From the NCBI GenBank assembly GCA_045810225.1, contig JBJMWI010000028.1, positions 18,947 through 82,946 of the forward strand: a DNA stretch of 64,000 bases. The letters run 5' to 3'. This document shows, piece by piece, positions 48,361 through 57,628 of this stretch. A program made the position numbers and the translations under genes. This DNA comes from Burkholderiales bacterium. GTDB lineage: Bacteria; Pseudomonadota; Gammaproteobacteria; Burkholderiales; JACQAP01. The first letter of the stretch is position 1. Each line of letters opens with the position of its first letter. The notes beneath the pieces were generated by a model that did no database searches, was not told the origin of the DNA, and saw only the letters and a program-made list of their open reading frames with translations.

Positions 48361-50169
48361 TCAATTATGCGAGGAGTTATCCAGCTGGCGTTTCGCGACT
48401 GCGCGTCCCGTCTCATCCTGCGATGCCGCCATTGCCCGGTCGCTGTCGTCTGCAGCCCGGTAGCGGAACCAGCCGACGTTCATTTCCTCCCAGGTCTGGT
48501 CACCCCAATGCACGACCTGGTTCGGATCCGGATTAGCAGGGTTTAGCGTGGAATTATCCCAAGTCATGTCGAGCACGATGCGGGTGCCGGCAGGGATGAG
48601 CTTGGGTGGGTTCAGGGCGTACAGCGGTTGCCAGTTGAAATCATATTTCGGCACGGATAACAGGATTTCCTCGTGGCCATCCGGATAATGCGCCGTAAAT
48701 TTAGCAGACCGCCCACGCAAGTGCGCATGTGGAAGCAGGCTGTAAAGCATGACATCGCGCTCGAACACCTTTTCCAGCGACTGGGAATACGACTTCGTCC
48801 CAGCCGGGATAGCGAGCGAGGTGTCATAAATGATCGACATCTCAAGTGAATGCTTCGGCGGCTTGTCGAAGAAATACAAACCCAGGCGGGTCACATCGGT
48901 CACCGGCTTGCCAATCGGCGTGTAATGCATCTGGAATCGGAAACTCGCCTCCTTGCGCAACAAGATGCCGGTATTCGCCGGATAGGGAATGGCATTTTTG
49001 CCGGGAGCGTAGCCGCCGAGTTCTCCCATTTGTGCGCGAATCCCACGTTCTGCATTCACGGGATCGTCCAGCCCCGCGAGCACGTGGTGTACAGCCGCGC
49101 GATTGCCAGGGATGATTTCAATCGCGCGGATCCAGACATCGCGGTCCAGCGGATTGCGTGCGTGCGGATACTGATAGCTCACCACGCCGGTCGGCGGTAC
49201 GTCGTACGCAGGTACTTCGACGATGAGATCCGGCTTCCCGAGTGTCCACTCGGACCATGTCTTATCGAGCGAGGTCAGCGGGTCGCGTCCCTGGCCGCGC
49301 GGTGCGCCGGCCTCCACCCAGTGCACCAGATCCTTGATGTCTTGGCTGTCCATGCTGCGCTCACCGACGAATTTGCCATAGAGCGGATCGGCATGCCACG
49401 GTGGCATGCGCTTGGTGCGCACGACTTCCCGGATCATGGGCGCAAATCCACGCACGATGTCATAGCGCGTCATCGCCCACGGTGCAACTCCGCCTTCGCG
49501 ATGGCAAGCAACGCATTTATCGATAAGCAAAGGTGCAATGCGCCCGGCGTAAGAAATCCGCGCATGAGCATCGCTGCGGCTACGCTCAGGGAAATCAACT
49601 ATGCATCCGAGCGGTTGGTCCGCGGCCACCGGTGCGGGCTTCCCCGAGAACAAGGCGTCCAGCGCGTCCACCAAATAATGCTTATGTACCGGCCTTTCGG
49701 CGCCATAGGACAGGCGGTCGTCCAGCGGGCCGCGATACTTGAGCCGCCATGTCTTCGGCTCGATGACAAACACTTCCCCCGTGCGCTCCACGCCGAGCGC
49801 TTCGCCAATAAGTTGGGTGTCGTCGATCAGTACCGGAATGTCATTGCCAAATTCCGTGCTCTCCCTGGCTACCGATGCACGATCGTCCTGCAGGTTGGAA
49901 TCGATCAACAGGAATTCGACTCCGCGCGCCCGGTATTGATCGCGGATTTCCCGCAGGCGCGGCAGGCTTTTGCGTACGATCGCGCAGCCGTTGCCATAAG
50001 TCATCAATACCACCGCGGTGGCGTCGGACAAGTAATGCAGTTCATGCGACTCGCCTGCCTGATCGAGCAGACGGAAATTATCAATGCGATCACCGGGAGA
50101 GAGCGCAAGAACGGAGCCCGCACTGCAGAGAGCTATCAGTATCGTAAAACAACGAAACAACAGATTCAT
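48361..50169 (-). CDS. Secreted redoxin (thioredoxin-fold)-CXXCH heme-copper type II monooxygenase-like fusion protein
   Basis: ATG at 50169 gives signal peptide MNLLFRCFTILIALCSAGSVLA. The N-terminal AhpC/TSA-redoxin-like region is about 150 aa. A single heme c motif CVACH follows. The C-terminal region has the ordered copper-ligand pattern AVHHV ... QMHYT ... PHAHLRG ... LDM plus YDFNWQ. The ORF extension to 50415 is read-through. Confidence 0.7.
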   Translation of the reverse strand: MNLLFRCFTILIALCSAGSVLALSPGDRIDNFRLLDQAGESHELHYLSDATAVVLMTYGNGCAIVRKSLPRLREIRDQYRARGVEFLLIDSNLQDDRASVARESTEFGNDIPVLIDDTQLIGEALGVERTGEVFVIEPKTWRLKYRGPLDDRLSYGAERPVHKHYLVDALDALFSGKPAPVAADQPLGCIVDFPERSRSDAHARISYAGRIAPLLIDKCVACHREGGVAPWAMTRYDIVRGFAPMIREVVRTKRMPPWHADPLYGKFVGERSMDSQDIKDLVHWVEAGAPRGQGRDPLTSLDKTWSEWTLGKPDLIVEVPAYDVPPTGVVSYQYPHARNPLDRDVWIRAIEIIPGNRAAVHHVLAGLDDPVNAERGIRAQMGELGGYAPGKNAIPYPANTGILLRKEASFRFQMHYTPIGKPVTDVTRLGLYFFDKPPKHSLEMSIIYDTSLAIPAGTKSYSQSLEKVFERDVMLYSLLPHAHLRGRSAKFTAHYPDGHEEILLSVPKYDFNWQPLYALNPPKLIPAGTRIVLDMTWDNSTLNPANPDPNQVVHWGDQTWEEMNVGWFRYRAADDSDRAMAASQDETGRAVAKRQLDNSSHN

Positions 50170-50227
50170 AACGTTCACGCCACTCACTAGACAGTTTAGC
50201 TTAGCGCAAAAGTGCGTCGATTTCGCC

Positions 50228-50674
50228 TTAGGGCGTTGCAGGCGGAACGTAAATCGCCAAACCATGTCCGGTCTTGTTTTCGCTTGGGCTGAAAATACCG
50301 GTTCCAATCGAGACGGCTCCTGCCCCGCCAGTTCCCACACCGACTCCAACTCCGGTGCCGACCCCACCACCGTACTCCGACCCGGTCGCCTGCAGCAGCA
50401 CGCCATTGGCGCCAAGAGAGGCCGCTTCTTGTTTCAAGCGCTCAACGACAACATCCATTTTCTCCTGATCGCCGCGTGAAGATGACGAGCGGCTGGTCGC
50501 ATCAATGACGGCGATCTCCTCGTAATTCGGTGGAGGGGCTGAGTAGAGCTTTACTTGCGAGGCCTCGGTGGGCGTGCGCGGCGTGCCGGTGATGACGTGC
50601 GAGGTGGTGGCGGTGGCACAGGCGCCCAACAACAAAATGCCGAGCGCGAAGCCGCCAGTGCGGAAGAAGTTCAT
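50228..50674 (-). CDS. Lipoprotein with glycine-zipper C-terminal segment
   Basis: ATG at 50674 gives MNFFRTGGFALGILLLGAC (lipobox LLGAC). C-terminal GGGVGTGVGVGVGTGGAGAVSIGTG is a glycine-zipper-like stretch. Confidence 0.6.
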   Translation of the reverse strand: MNFFRTGGFALGILLLGACATATTSHVITGTPRTPTEASQVKLYSAPPPNYEEIAVIDATSRSSSSRGDQEKMDVVVERLKQEAASLGANGVLLQATGSEYGGGVGTGVGVGVGTGGAGAVSIGTGIFSPSENKTGHGLAIYVPPATP

Positions 50675-50766
50675 GCCTTGGTACCCTGCTTCACTATTGA
50701 GGTACATGCGACCCCACCTGCGTCTTTTTAGTTCGACGTTGGCATAACCTTCGCATACACCGCGAA

Positions 50767-50795
50767 ATAAAAAGCCCGGTTTCCCGGGCTTTTTA
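50767..50795 (-). terminator. Rho-independent terminator downstream of the cold-shock gene
   Basis: GCCCGG (50774-50779), loop TTTC, then CCGGGC (50784-50789). An A-run and a T-run flank the stem, so it can act in either direction. Confidence 0.75.
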
Positions 50796-50836
50796 CTGGT
50801 CCTGTATCCCTGGCGGATACAGTGGCGTTCCGGATT

Positions 50837-51040
50837 TTACGCCGGGCGGATGTTCGAGGCCTGATCCCCCTTGGGGCCGGTGGTTTTGTCGAAACTGACC
50901 TTCTGGCCTTCTTTGAGAGATTTGAAGCCGGCATCCTGGATTGCGGAGAAATGGGCAAAGAGATCTTTGCCGCCATCATCCGGCGTGATGAATCCGAAAC
51001 CCTTCGCGTCGTTGAACCACTTAACGGTACCTGTAGCCAT
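50837..51040 (-). CDS. CspA-family cold-shock protein
   Basis: [34 protein letters not shown] carries the RNP1 (KGFGFI) and RNP2 (LFAHF) motifs. 67 aa. Confidence 0.95.
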   Translation of the reverse strand: MATGTVKWFNDAKGFGFITPDDGGKDLFAHFSAIQDAGFKSLKEGQKVSFDKTTGPKGDQASNIRPA

Positions 51041-51281
51041 GTCTTTGTCTTCCTGAAAAATTAAAAAATTGGGCCATTTGCCCGAGTGCGGGATCTTGAA
51101 GAGAGGAGGAAAAAGGCCTGAGAACTACCCGTTTAACGGTCATACCCGACTGATTGATCACTGCTCCAGTATCCTGCGATTGCCTTTATACGACTACATT
51201 TCAATGCCGTCAAACCTTCATGCGCCGGATATTCTTTCAATTGCCAGCTGGACTTCAAGGGCGGCCGGAGCGGTCCAATGG

Positions 51282-52586
51282 TTAACTGATCCGCGCTTTG
51301 GCGGTCGATGAATCGGCCAGGATGTCGCTTTGATAGGTTTCTGGTCCAAAGTAAATGGCGACCGTGGTCAGCGCCGCCAGGGTCACCATGTAGGCAGCGA
51401 CCAGCCACGGCGCGTTATTCGCCTGGCCCAGCAGCCAGGTGGCCACGAAAGGCGCCGGTCCCCCGGCCAGGATGGAACCTAGCTCGCGTGCGGAAGCAAA
51501 CCCGCTGTAGCGCAGCTTGGGCCCAAACAATTCGGCGAAATAGGCGGCCTGCGGGCCGAACATTCCCGAAACGCCAACCGAGACCGCTAGAATCAGCGCG
51601 AGCCAGATGATGGGCTGCGAGCCGGTGCCGACCATCAGGAAGAACGGGTAAGCGAATAGTCCGGAGAACAGGGCGGCACCGCCGTAGACCGGCCGCCTGC
51701 CGATACGATCGGACAGCGCGGAAAACAACGGCACTGTGACCAGTGAGATGGCGTAGGCCAACATGATGCCATTGAGCACCATGCTTTTTTCCAAGTTCAG
51801 CTGCTTGGTCATGTAGCTCAACGTGAACACCGGATACAGGTAACCCAGTCCATTTTCTGCAAGCCGTGCGCCGAGCACGACCAGAAATTCGCGCGGATGC
51901 TTGGTGAATGCATCTTTGACTGGCGAGCGAGCGGCTTTGCTCTTGGCCGCAATCTGATTGAATACCGGTGTCTCGGACACTTTCGCCCGGATGAAAAAGC
52001 CAACTACGATCAGGACAATCGAAAGCAGGAACGGAATGCGCCATCCCCAGTTTAGAAAATCTTCCTTCGGCAACCTGGAAACCAGCGCGAATACTCCCGT
52101 CGCCAGCAGCAGACCAATGTTCACACCAATGGCCGCAAAACTGCCGAACAGGCCACGCTTGCCCGGGGGAGCGTGTTCAACCGCCAGAATCACTGCACCG
52201 CCGTATTCCGCACCTGCACCGAAGCCCTGTACCAGTCTGAGCCCCACCAGCATGACCGGTGCCCATAATCCCACCGCATCATAGGTTGGCAGCAGGCCGA
52301 TCAGGAATGTTCCAACGCCGACGAGCAGGAGCGTAATGACCAGCACCGGCTTGCGGCCGATACGATCGCCCAGATGCCCGAACACCATACCCCCAAACGG
52401 CCGCGCAAAAAAACCGACGCCGAAGGTGGCAAATGACAGCAGCAATCCGGTAGTCGGCTCGAATTTTGGAAAGAACAGGTCGCTGAACACCAGCGCGGCT
52501 GCGGTTCCGTAAATGAAAAAGTCGTACCACTCCAGGGCGGAACCGACCGCCGACGCCATCATGACTCTGCGGTGCGAAGCATCCAT
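51282..52586 (-). CDS. MFS transporter, metabolite:H+ symporter (MHS) family
   Basis: EWYDFFIYG...FARPFGGMVFGHLGDRIGRK N-terminal signature of the MHS family (ProP/KgtP/ShiA-like). About 12 TM segments. Confidence 0.85.
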   Translation of the reverse strand: MDASHRRVMMASAVGSALEWYDFFIYGTAAALVFSDLFFPKFEPTTGLLLSFATFGVGFFARPFGGMVFGHLGDRIGRKPVLVITLLLVGVGTFLIGLLPTYDAVGLWAPVMLVGLRLVQGFGAGAEYGGAVILAVEHAPPGKRGLFGSFAAIGVNIGLLLATGVFALVSRLPKEDFLNWGWRIPFLLSIVLIVVGFFIRAKVSETPVFNQIAAKSKAARSPVKDAFTKHPREFLVVLGARLAENGLGYLYPVFTLSYMTKQLNLEKSMVLNGIMLAYAISLVTVPLFSALSDRIGRRPVYGGAALFSGLFAYPFFLMVGTGSQPIIWLALILAVSVGVSGMFGPQAAYFAELFGPKLRYSGFASARELGSILAGGPAPFVATWLLGQANNAPWLVAAYMVTLAALTTVAIYFGPETYQSDILADSSTAKARIS

Positions 52587-52780
52587 CGCTGTCTCCCCTT
52601 TGTTATTGTTTTCCGCGGTCCCGCCGCCCGACGTGTTTGCGCCGCCAATGGCCTAAGCGCCGGTGAGGATACAGGACCGGCGCATGGGTGGCTTCTTGCG
52701 TTGCGTCAGAGCCCCAGTTCGGACAAACCCGCATGATCGTCCGGACGGCGGCCGAGCGCCCAGCGGAACGTGCGATCCGC

Positions 52781-53182
52781 TTACCGGATCGGCAAATCAT
52801 TGATACTCGCGAGGCGTTTTTGCATCAGGCCCTGCACATTGAATTCCCAGTTCTCGTTACCGTATGAACGAAACCAATTGCCCGAATCATCGTGCCATTC
52901 ATAGGCGAAGCGCACCGCGATGCGGGCTTCGTGGAACGCCCAGAGCTCCTTGATCAGACGGTAATCAAGTTCTCGCGCCCATTTGCGCCGCAGAAACTGC
53001 ACGATGGCCTCGCGCCCGGAAAAGAACTCCGCACGGTTGCGCCATTGGCTGTCACTGGTATAGACCATCGACACCCGCTCGGGATCGCGCGAATTCCAAC
53101 CGTCTTCTGCGAGGCGGACCTTTTGCGCCGCGCTTTCGCGCGTGAACGGCGGTAACGGCGGTCGGACTTCCGGAGCAATCAT
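52781..53182 (-). CDS. NTF2-like DUF1348 family protein
   Basis: [24 protein letters not shown]...[30 protein letters not shown]...RIAVRF.YE matches the DUF1348 pattern as I remember it. Confidence 0.7.
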   Translation of the reverse strand: MIAPEVRPPLPPFTRESAAQKVRLAEDGWNSRDPERVSMVYTSDSQWRNRAEFFSGREAIVQFLRRKWARELDYRLIKELWAFHEARIAVRFAYEWHDDSGNWFRSYGNENWEFNVQGLMQKRLASINDLPIR

Positions 53183-53204
53183 GGTGGTTCAGCGAAGGAC
53201 AGTT

Positions 53205-55172
53205 TCAGTCGTTGATCGAGATAATGGCCACGGCATAGCCGGTAAGCGCTAACGCGCTGCCAATCGGCCGCCAGGTTTTGTGGAAACGTTGTGGATCGGT
53301 GGTCGCCATAACAAGGCTTTGTTCATCGAGTGTCGTGCCGAGCAGTGTGCCCTGTAGACCAGAAAATTTGATCGTTTGGTCTTCCGCGGTCAGATTCGCT
53401 AGCCACAAGGTTGTGCCAGCTTTGCCGCGGTAAGCGAGTGCCTGTACGCGTGCGGAGTCCGATGAATCAACGCTTACCAGTTTCTGTCCGGCTCCGCGTG
53501 CCAATCCACTGACAACATGAAATGCCGGGAACACTGCCGGAACAGAAAGCTTGTCATACCAAGGCTGCTCGTGATCGGCCTTGCGATAAATGATGCCGAG
53601 CGGACCGGTGGTTGCACCGAATGCAATTGCTTCGACGTCGGTGCGTGCCAGCGTCGCAGCATATCCAAGCGACCAGGCGGCCGCGAAGAGACCACGCTGG
53701 CGCGGCTCGAGTTTGGTCAGGCACACGCGCACATTGTCCGGGTTGGGCGTCCACGTCGCGCCGTGCGGATTGTAGCGGCAACCGATGCCGCTCGGGCCAA
53801 TACGGTAGGCAGCCTTGCCAATGAACGAACGCGCGGTTTCGACCTGATAAGGCAGGGCTTCCAGGGTCTCCATCACCGAGCGGTCGTCGGCTGCATGCAC
53901 GATAGGGCACGTGCTGTTGACAACGAAATCGAGCAGCTTCGCAGGAGGACGTTTACGGTTCAATTCAGTAAAGAAGGAAAACATGCCGCCACCAAGCCGG
54001 ATACCCGGAAACGCCGCGCGCGCTGCGGCATACAAATCTTCGAGTTTGGGAGCTGGCGGACGCGGCCCGCCCGGCAGCACCGATTTCAAATCGCCGGCGG
54101 GAACGACGGCAAGCGACGCTAATTTGATGCCCGATTGCCTGACCTTGCCGGCAAGTTCAGTCAGTTCCTGCCTGAAGTCATGGACGCTTTCGATGACGAC
54201 TTCCAGGGCGACTTCTGCCTTGCTTTCCTCAGCCAATACCCGGTAACCATAAAGCTCCTGCAATCCATGGCCACTGCGCGGATCGATATGGCAGATCAAA
54301 AAACGTGGCGCGGCGAGTTTGAGCAGCGCCAGTTGTGCGATGGCAGGCTCGATTTCTTCTGCGGGCATGCCCAGTCCGACCGGCTGCAAAGCTTTCCGCG
54401 ATACCGCACCAATTGCTATCTCGATGGCTTTGCTGTCGCCGCCCGTGCGGCGTTTCGCTGCGCTACCGCTCAGGGCAACTTTTATTGACTGCTGTACAGG
54501 TTCCCCCGCCTTCAGCGTATAAGGCCACGGCCGGGAAAGCGGCCGCACGTAGGTCTTGAATGAAGCGTCGCTCCAGTTGCGATGATCTTCCATTTCGAAA
54601 GTGTCGCCTTCCATACGCACCGTGAACTTCAGGCCGGGCATGACTTCGTGCGTTAGCGAGCGAATGTCCAGCACGGGCTGGATCGGATTGACCATTGCGG
54701 GAAATTTGCTCTCGACTTTCTTGCCGTCAACGTGCTCGATTTCGACGGGCCGCCCGGCCACGCCCTTGAGCGGATGCAGGACCACAAAACCGGTGCGTGC
54801 CGTCAGAAAATCAGTCTTGGGCACTGCCGTCGCCGTGAATGTGAGTTGACCATCGCCGGATGCTTCTATGGTTGCATCGTAGGACAGTGCCTGATTGTCG
54901 ATGGTAATCGAGGCATGGAACGACACCGAAAATCTGTCGCGGCCCTGGTCGATCTTGAGATCTTCAATTGCCGGGGTCGCCGTCCCCCAATTTTTATCGC
55001 GAATCAAAAATCCGATCGCGCGCAGCACTTCGATGCCATTGATCTTGAGGTAGCGCAGCTGGCCATTGTAGAGCTCTACAGACAGCGGCCCGGCAAGCAG
55101 TACGCGTCCCGCCTTATCCGGCTCCGGCGTGCCGCAAAGCGCTATGGCGCGCGGGGGCTGTTCAATCTTCAT
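53205..55172 (-). CDS. Hypothetical 655-aa protein co-oriented with the sugar ABC operon
   Basis: Start lies 26 nt downstream of the ABC ATPase stop. No signal peptide or TM segment. The beta-rich N-terminal half of about 240 aa might be mutarotase/carbohydrate-binding-like (guess). No catalytic motif recognised. Confidence 0.55.
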   Translation of the reverse strand: MKIEQPPRAIALCGTPEPDKAGRVLLAGPLSVELYNGQLRYLKINGIEVLRAIGFLIRDKNWGTATPAIEDLKIDQGRDRFSVSFHASITIDNQALSYDATIEASGDGQLTFTATAVPKTDFLTARTGFVVLHPLKGVAGRPVEIEHVDGKKVESKFPAMVNPIQPVLDIRSLTHEVMPGLKFTVRMEGDTFEMEDHRNWSDASFKTYVRPLSRPWPYTLKAGEPVQQSIKVALSGSAAKRRTGGDSKAIEIAIGAVSRKALQPVGLGMPAEEIEPAIAQLALLKLAAPRFLICHIDPRSGHGLQELYGYRVLAEESKAEVALEVVIESVHDFRQELTELAGKVRQSGIKLASLAVVPAGDLKSVLPGGPRPPAPKLEDLYAAARAAFPGIRLGGGMFSFFTELNRKRPPAKLLDFVVNSTCPIVHAADDRSVMETLEALPYQVETARSFIGKAAYRIGPSGIGCRYNPHGATWTPNPDNVRVCLTKLEPRQRGLFAAAWSLGYAATLARTDVEAIAFGATTGPLGIIYRKADHEQPWYDKLSVPAVFPAFHVVSGLARGAGQKLVSVDSSDSARVQALAYRGKAGTTLWLANLTAEDQTIKFSGLQGTLLGTTLDEQSLVMATTDPQRFHKTWRPIGSALALTGYAVAIISIND

Positions 55173-55198
55173 GGTTGATCTCCGTGTGCTTCATTATT

Positions 55199-56299
55199 TC
55201 AGAAAACCTTTTCGGTCGCGGGATCGATCAGAACCGCGCGATTCATATCAATCGACAATTCGATCTGCTGGTCCATTTGCGTGACGTCATGCGCCTGCAG
55301 TTCCGCGACGACGCTGCTGCCGCCCAATTTGAATGTCGCGTACGTCCTCGATCCGGTTGGCTGCAGTAATTCAACGAGAGCGGTATGGTGGGCCAGTCCG
55401 GTGCGCGAATCACCGGGTCGGGCACGGTTCAGGTGTTCGGGGCGCAGACCCAGAATGATCACCTGGTCCCGCCGATTCACCAGTTTTTGTGCGCGGGTCT
55501 CCGGAAGTGGTAACAAAGTGCCATCGTCCAGCCTTACCCCGAGAATGCTGCCTTCGCCGGTAAGGCGCCCGGGTAGAAAATTCATTGACGGTGAACCGAG
55601 AAATCCGGCGACATATTTCGTGGCGGGCCGTTCGAATAATTCGAGCGGTGCGCCAGCTTGTTCAATTACACCGTCTCGTAGCAGCACGATGCGGTCGGCC
55701 ATGGTCATGGCCTCGATCTGGTCATGGGTGACATAAATCATGGTCTTGCCCAAATCGCGGTGCAGACGCTTGATTTCGCCACGCATCTCGTCGCGCAACT
55801 GCGCGTCCAGATTAGACAGCGGTTCGTCGAATAGATAAAGCCGCGCATTGCGTACGATAGCGCGGCCGATCGCAACGCGTTGCAACTGACCACCCGAAAG
55901 CTGGCGCGGATAACGATCCAGCAGATGGTCGATGCCCAGCATGCTGGCGGCATGTTTCACCTTGGGCTCGACCTGATCCCGCGGCGTTTTGCGCGAACGC
56001 AGCCCGAACGCAATGTTGTCGAACACGTTCATGTACGGGTACAGCGCGTAATTCTGAAACACCATTGCGATGTCGCGGTCGCGCGGGGGCAGGTGTTGCA
56101 CCATCTCTCCGCCAATCTCGATGCTGCCCTGGTCGCAATCCTCCAGGCCGGCAATAGTCCGCAGCAGCGTGCTCTTGCCGCAACCGGACTGACCCACCAG
56201 AACAGTGAATTCACCCTCCGGAATTTGCAGGTCGATGCCGCGCACGGCATGAACGTTACCGTAGTACTTGTGCAGCGCTGAAATCTTTAGATCGGCCAT
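55199..56299 (-). CDS. Sugar ABC transporter ATP-binding protein (UgpC/MalK-type)
   Basis: ATG at 56299 (MADLKISAL). Walker A GQSGCGKST, signature LSGGQLQRV, Walker B LYLFDEPLSNLD. The C-terminal regulatory/TOBE-like domain is present. Confidence 0.9.
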   Translation of the reverse strand: MADLKISALHKYYGNVHAVRGIDLQIPEGEFTVLVGQSGCGKSTLLRTIAGLEDCDQGSIEIGGEMVQHLPPRDRDIAMVFQNYALYPYMNVFDNIAFGLRSRKTPRDQVEPKVKHAASMLGIDHLLDRYPRQLSGGQLQRVAIGRAIVRNARLYLFDEPLSNLDAQLRDEMRGEIKRLHRDLGKTMIYVTHDQIEAMTMADRIVLLRDGVIEQAGAPLELFERPATKYVAGFLGSPSMNFLPGRLTGEGSILGVRLDDGTLLPLPETRAQKLVNRRDQVIILGLRPEHLNRARPGDSRTGLAHHTALVELLQPTGSRTYATFKLGGSSVVAELQAHDVTQMDQQIELSIDMNRAVLIDPATEKVF

Positions 56300-56415
56300 A
56301 TCAATTCTCGTGATGGGTAAACAGGAAACGGAGAACAGTGGGCTTACCTGGCGTCCGCCAGCCAAGTTTCCATTGCTCGCATCGTTTGCCGTTCACCATG
56401 TGTTGTTCACTGCCA

Positions 56416-57252
56416 TCATCCCTTCACCGCCCCGAGCGACATGCCGCGTACCAGGTAGCGCTGCATGAAGGCGACGGCAATGAAGATCGGTAATGTGCCG
56501 AGCACCGACATCGCCGAAATCTTGGCCCAGAAATTCGACTGACCGCCAAAATAGTGAGTCAGCTGCACCGTATAGGTCGTTGCCTCGGTGCGCGTGAGCA
56601 CCAGAGCGAACAGAAAATCATTCCACGCGAATACGAATGTAAAGATTGCGGTAGCGAACAAGCCGGCCCGGCACATCGGAAGAACGACCTTCCAGATGAC
56701 CTGCCAGCGAGTGCACCCGTCCACTAGCGCGGATTCCTCAAGCGCTTTCGGGATGTCCAGGATGTAGCCTCGCATCATCCAGATTACATAGGGCAGGTTG
56801 AACGCAGTGTAAAGAATAATGACGCCGATGTAGGTGTCGACCAGGTGTAGCCACACGAACAGCAAAAAAATCGGAAACACCACTGCGATTGGCGGAATCA
56901 TCCGCTGCGAGATGATCCAGTTCGCAAGATGTTCGCCTCCTGTCCGGAAGCGGGCGAGCGAATAGGCGCAAATGGTGCCGAGGAACATCGCAATGAAGGT
57001 ACTTACGCCGGCAACCACCAGACTGTTCCACACCGTGATGGCATCGCCGTCCTTGAACAGCACCGCGTAGTTTTCAAAATGAATCTGGCCGGGATACCAC
57101 TTGGGCGGAAACGAGTAAATCTCCTCCGGCGTCTTGAACGAAATCATGAACAGCCAGTAGATCGGGAATACAAAAATCAGCGTCGTTGCGACTGCAGCTG
57201 CAAACCTGAGCGCCTGCCTTGTGGCCGCGCGTTTACGTGAAGAGGTCATCAT
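56416..57252 (-). CDS. CUT1 sugar ABC transporter permease (MalG/UgpE-like)
   Basis: ATG at 57252, 7 nt after AGGAGG. Six TM segments and the EAA loop region (ALEESALVDGCTRWQVIWKVVLP). Confidence 0.85.
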   Translation of the reverse strand: MMTSSRKRAATRQALRFAAAVATTLIFVFPIYWLFMISFKTPEEIYSFPPKWYPGQIHFENYAVLFKDGDAITVWNSLVVAGVSTFIAMFLGTICAYSLARFRTGGEHLANWIISQRMIPPIAVVFPIFLLFVWLHLVDTYIGVIILYTAFNLPYVIWMMRGYILDIPKALEESALVDGCTRWQVIWKVVLPMCRAGLFATAIFTFVFAWNDFLFALVLTRTEATTYTVQLTHYFGGQSNFWAKISAMSVLGTLPIFIAVAFMQRYLVRGMSLGAVKG

Positions 57253-57628
57253 CTCGCCGCCTCCTGACATTTCTTTCTGGACATGCGACAGCGGTGTCGG
57301 CGTCCCGCACGATTTGCTTTGCCGTCGATCCCCACGCTGCGCATGGGGCGAACTCGGTGGAGCAGGGGCCCCGGTTCATCGGGGATGCGACCCGAGTTGC
57401 GTCGCACGGGGATCGCCGCCCCAGTGATCGATTGTGCGGTCAGATCCCCGCCGGGGGACGGGGTCCCTCTTCCTCGCTGCATCGATCCCCGCGCTGGGTG
57501 GCTCATCTTGCCGCCTCCTGACATTTCGTTTCATACAGGCGACCGTGGTGTCGGCGTCCGGCGTGATTCGCTTTGCTGTCGATCCCCACGCTCCGCGCGG
57601 GGCCCCGCGCCGGGTGGCTCATCTCGCC
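57249..57628. repeat. Intergenic repeat block between the two permease genes
   Basis: Two copies of about 101 nt (57249-57349 and 57503-57603) match at about 84/101 positions in my ungapped alignment. A third partial copy of the 3' module lies at about 57478-57512. All are bounded by the decamer TCATCT(C/T)GCC at 57249, 57503 and 57619. Confidence 0.8.
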
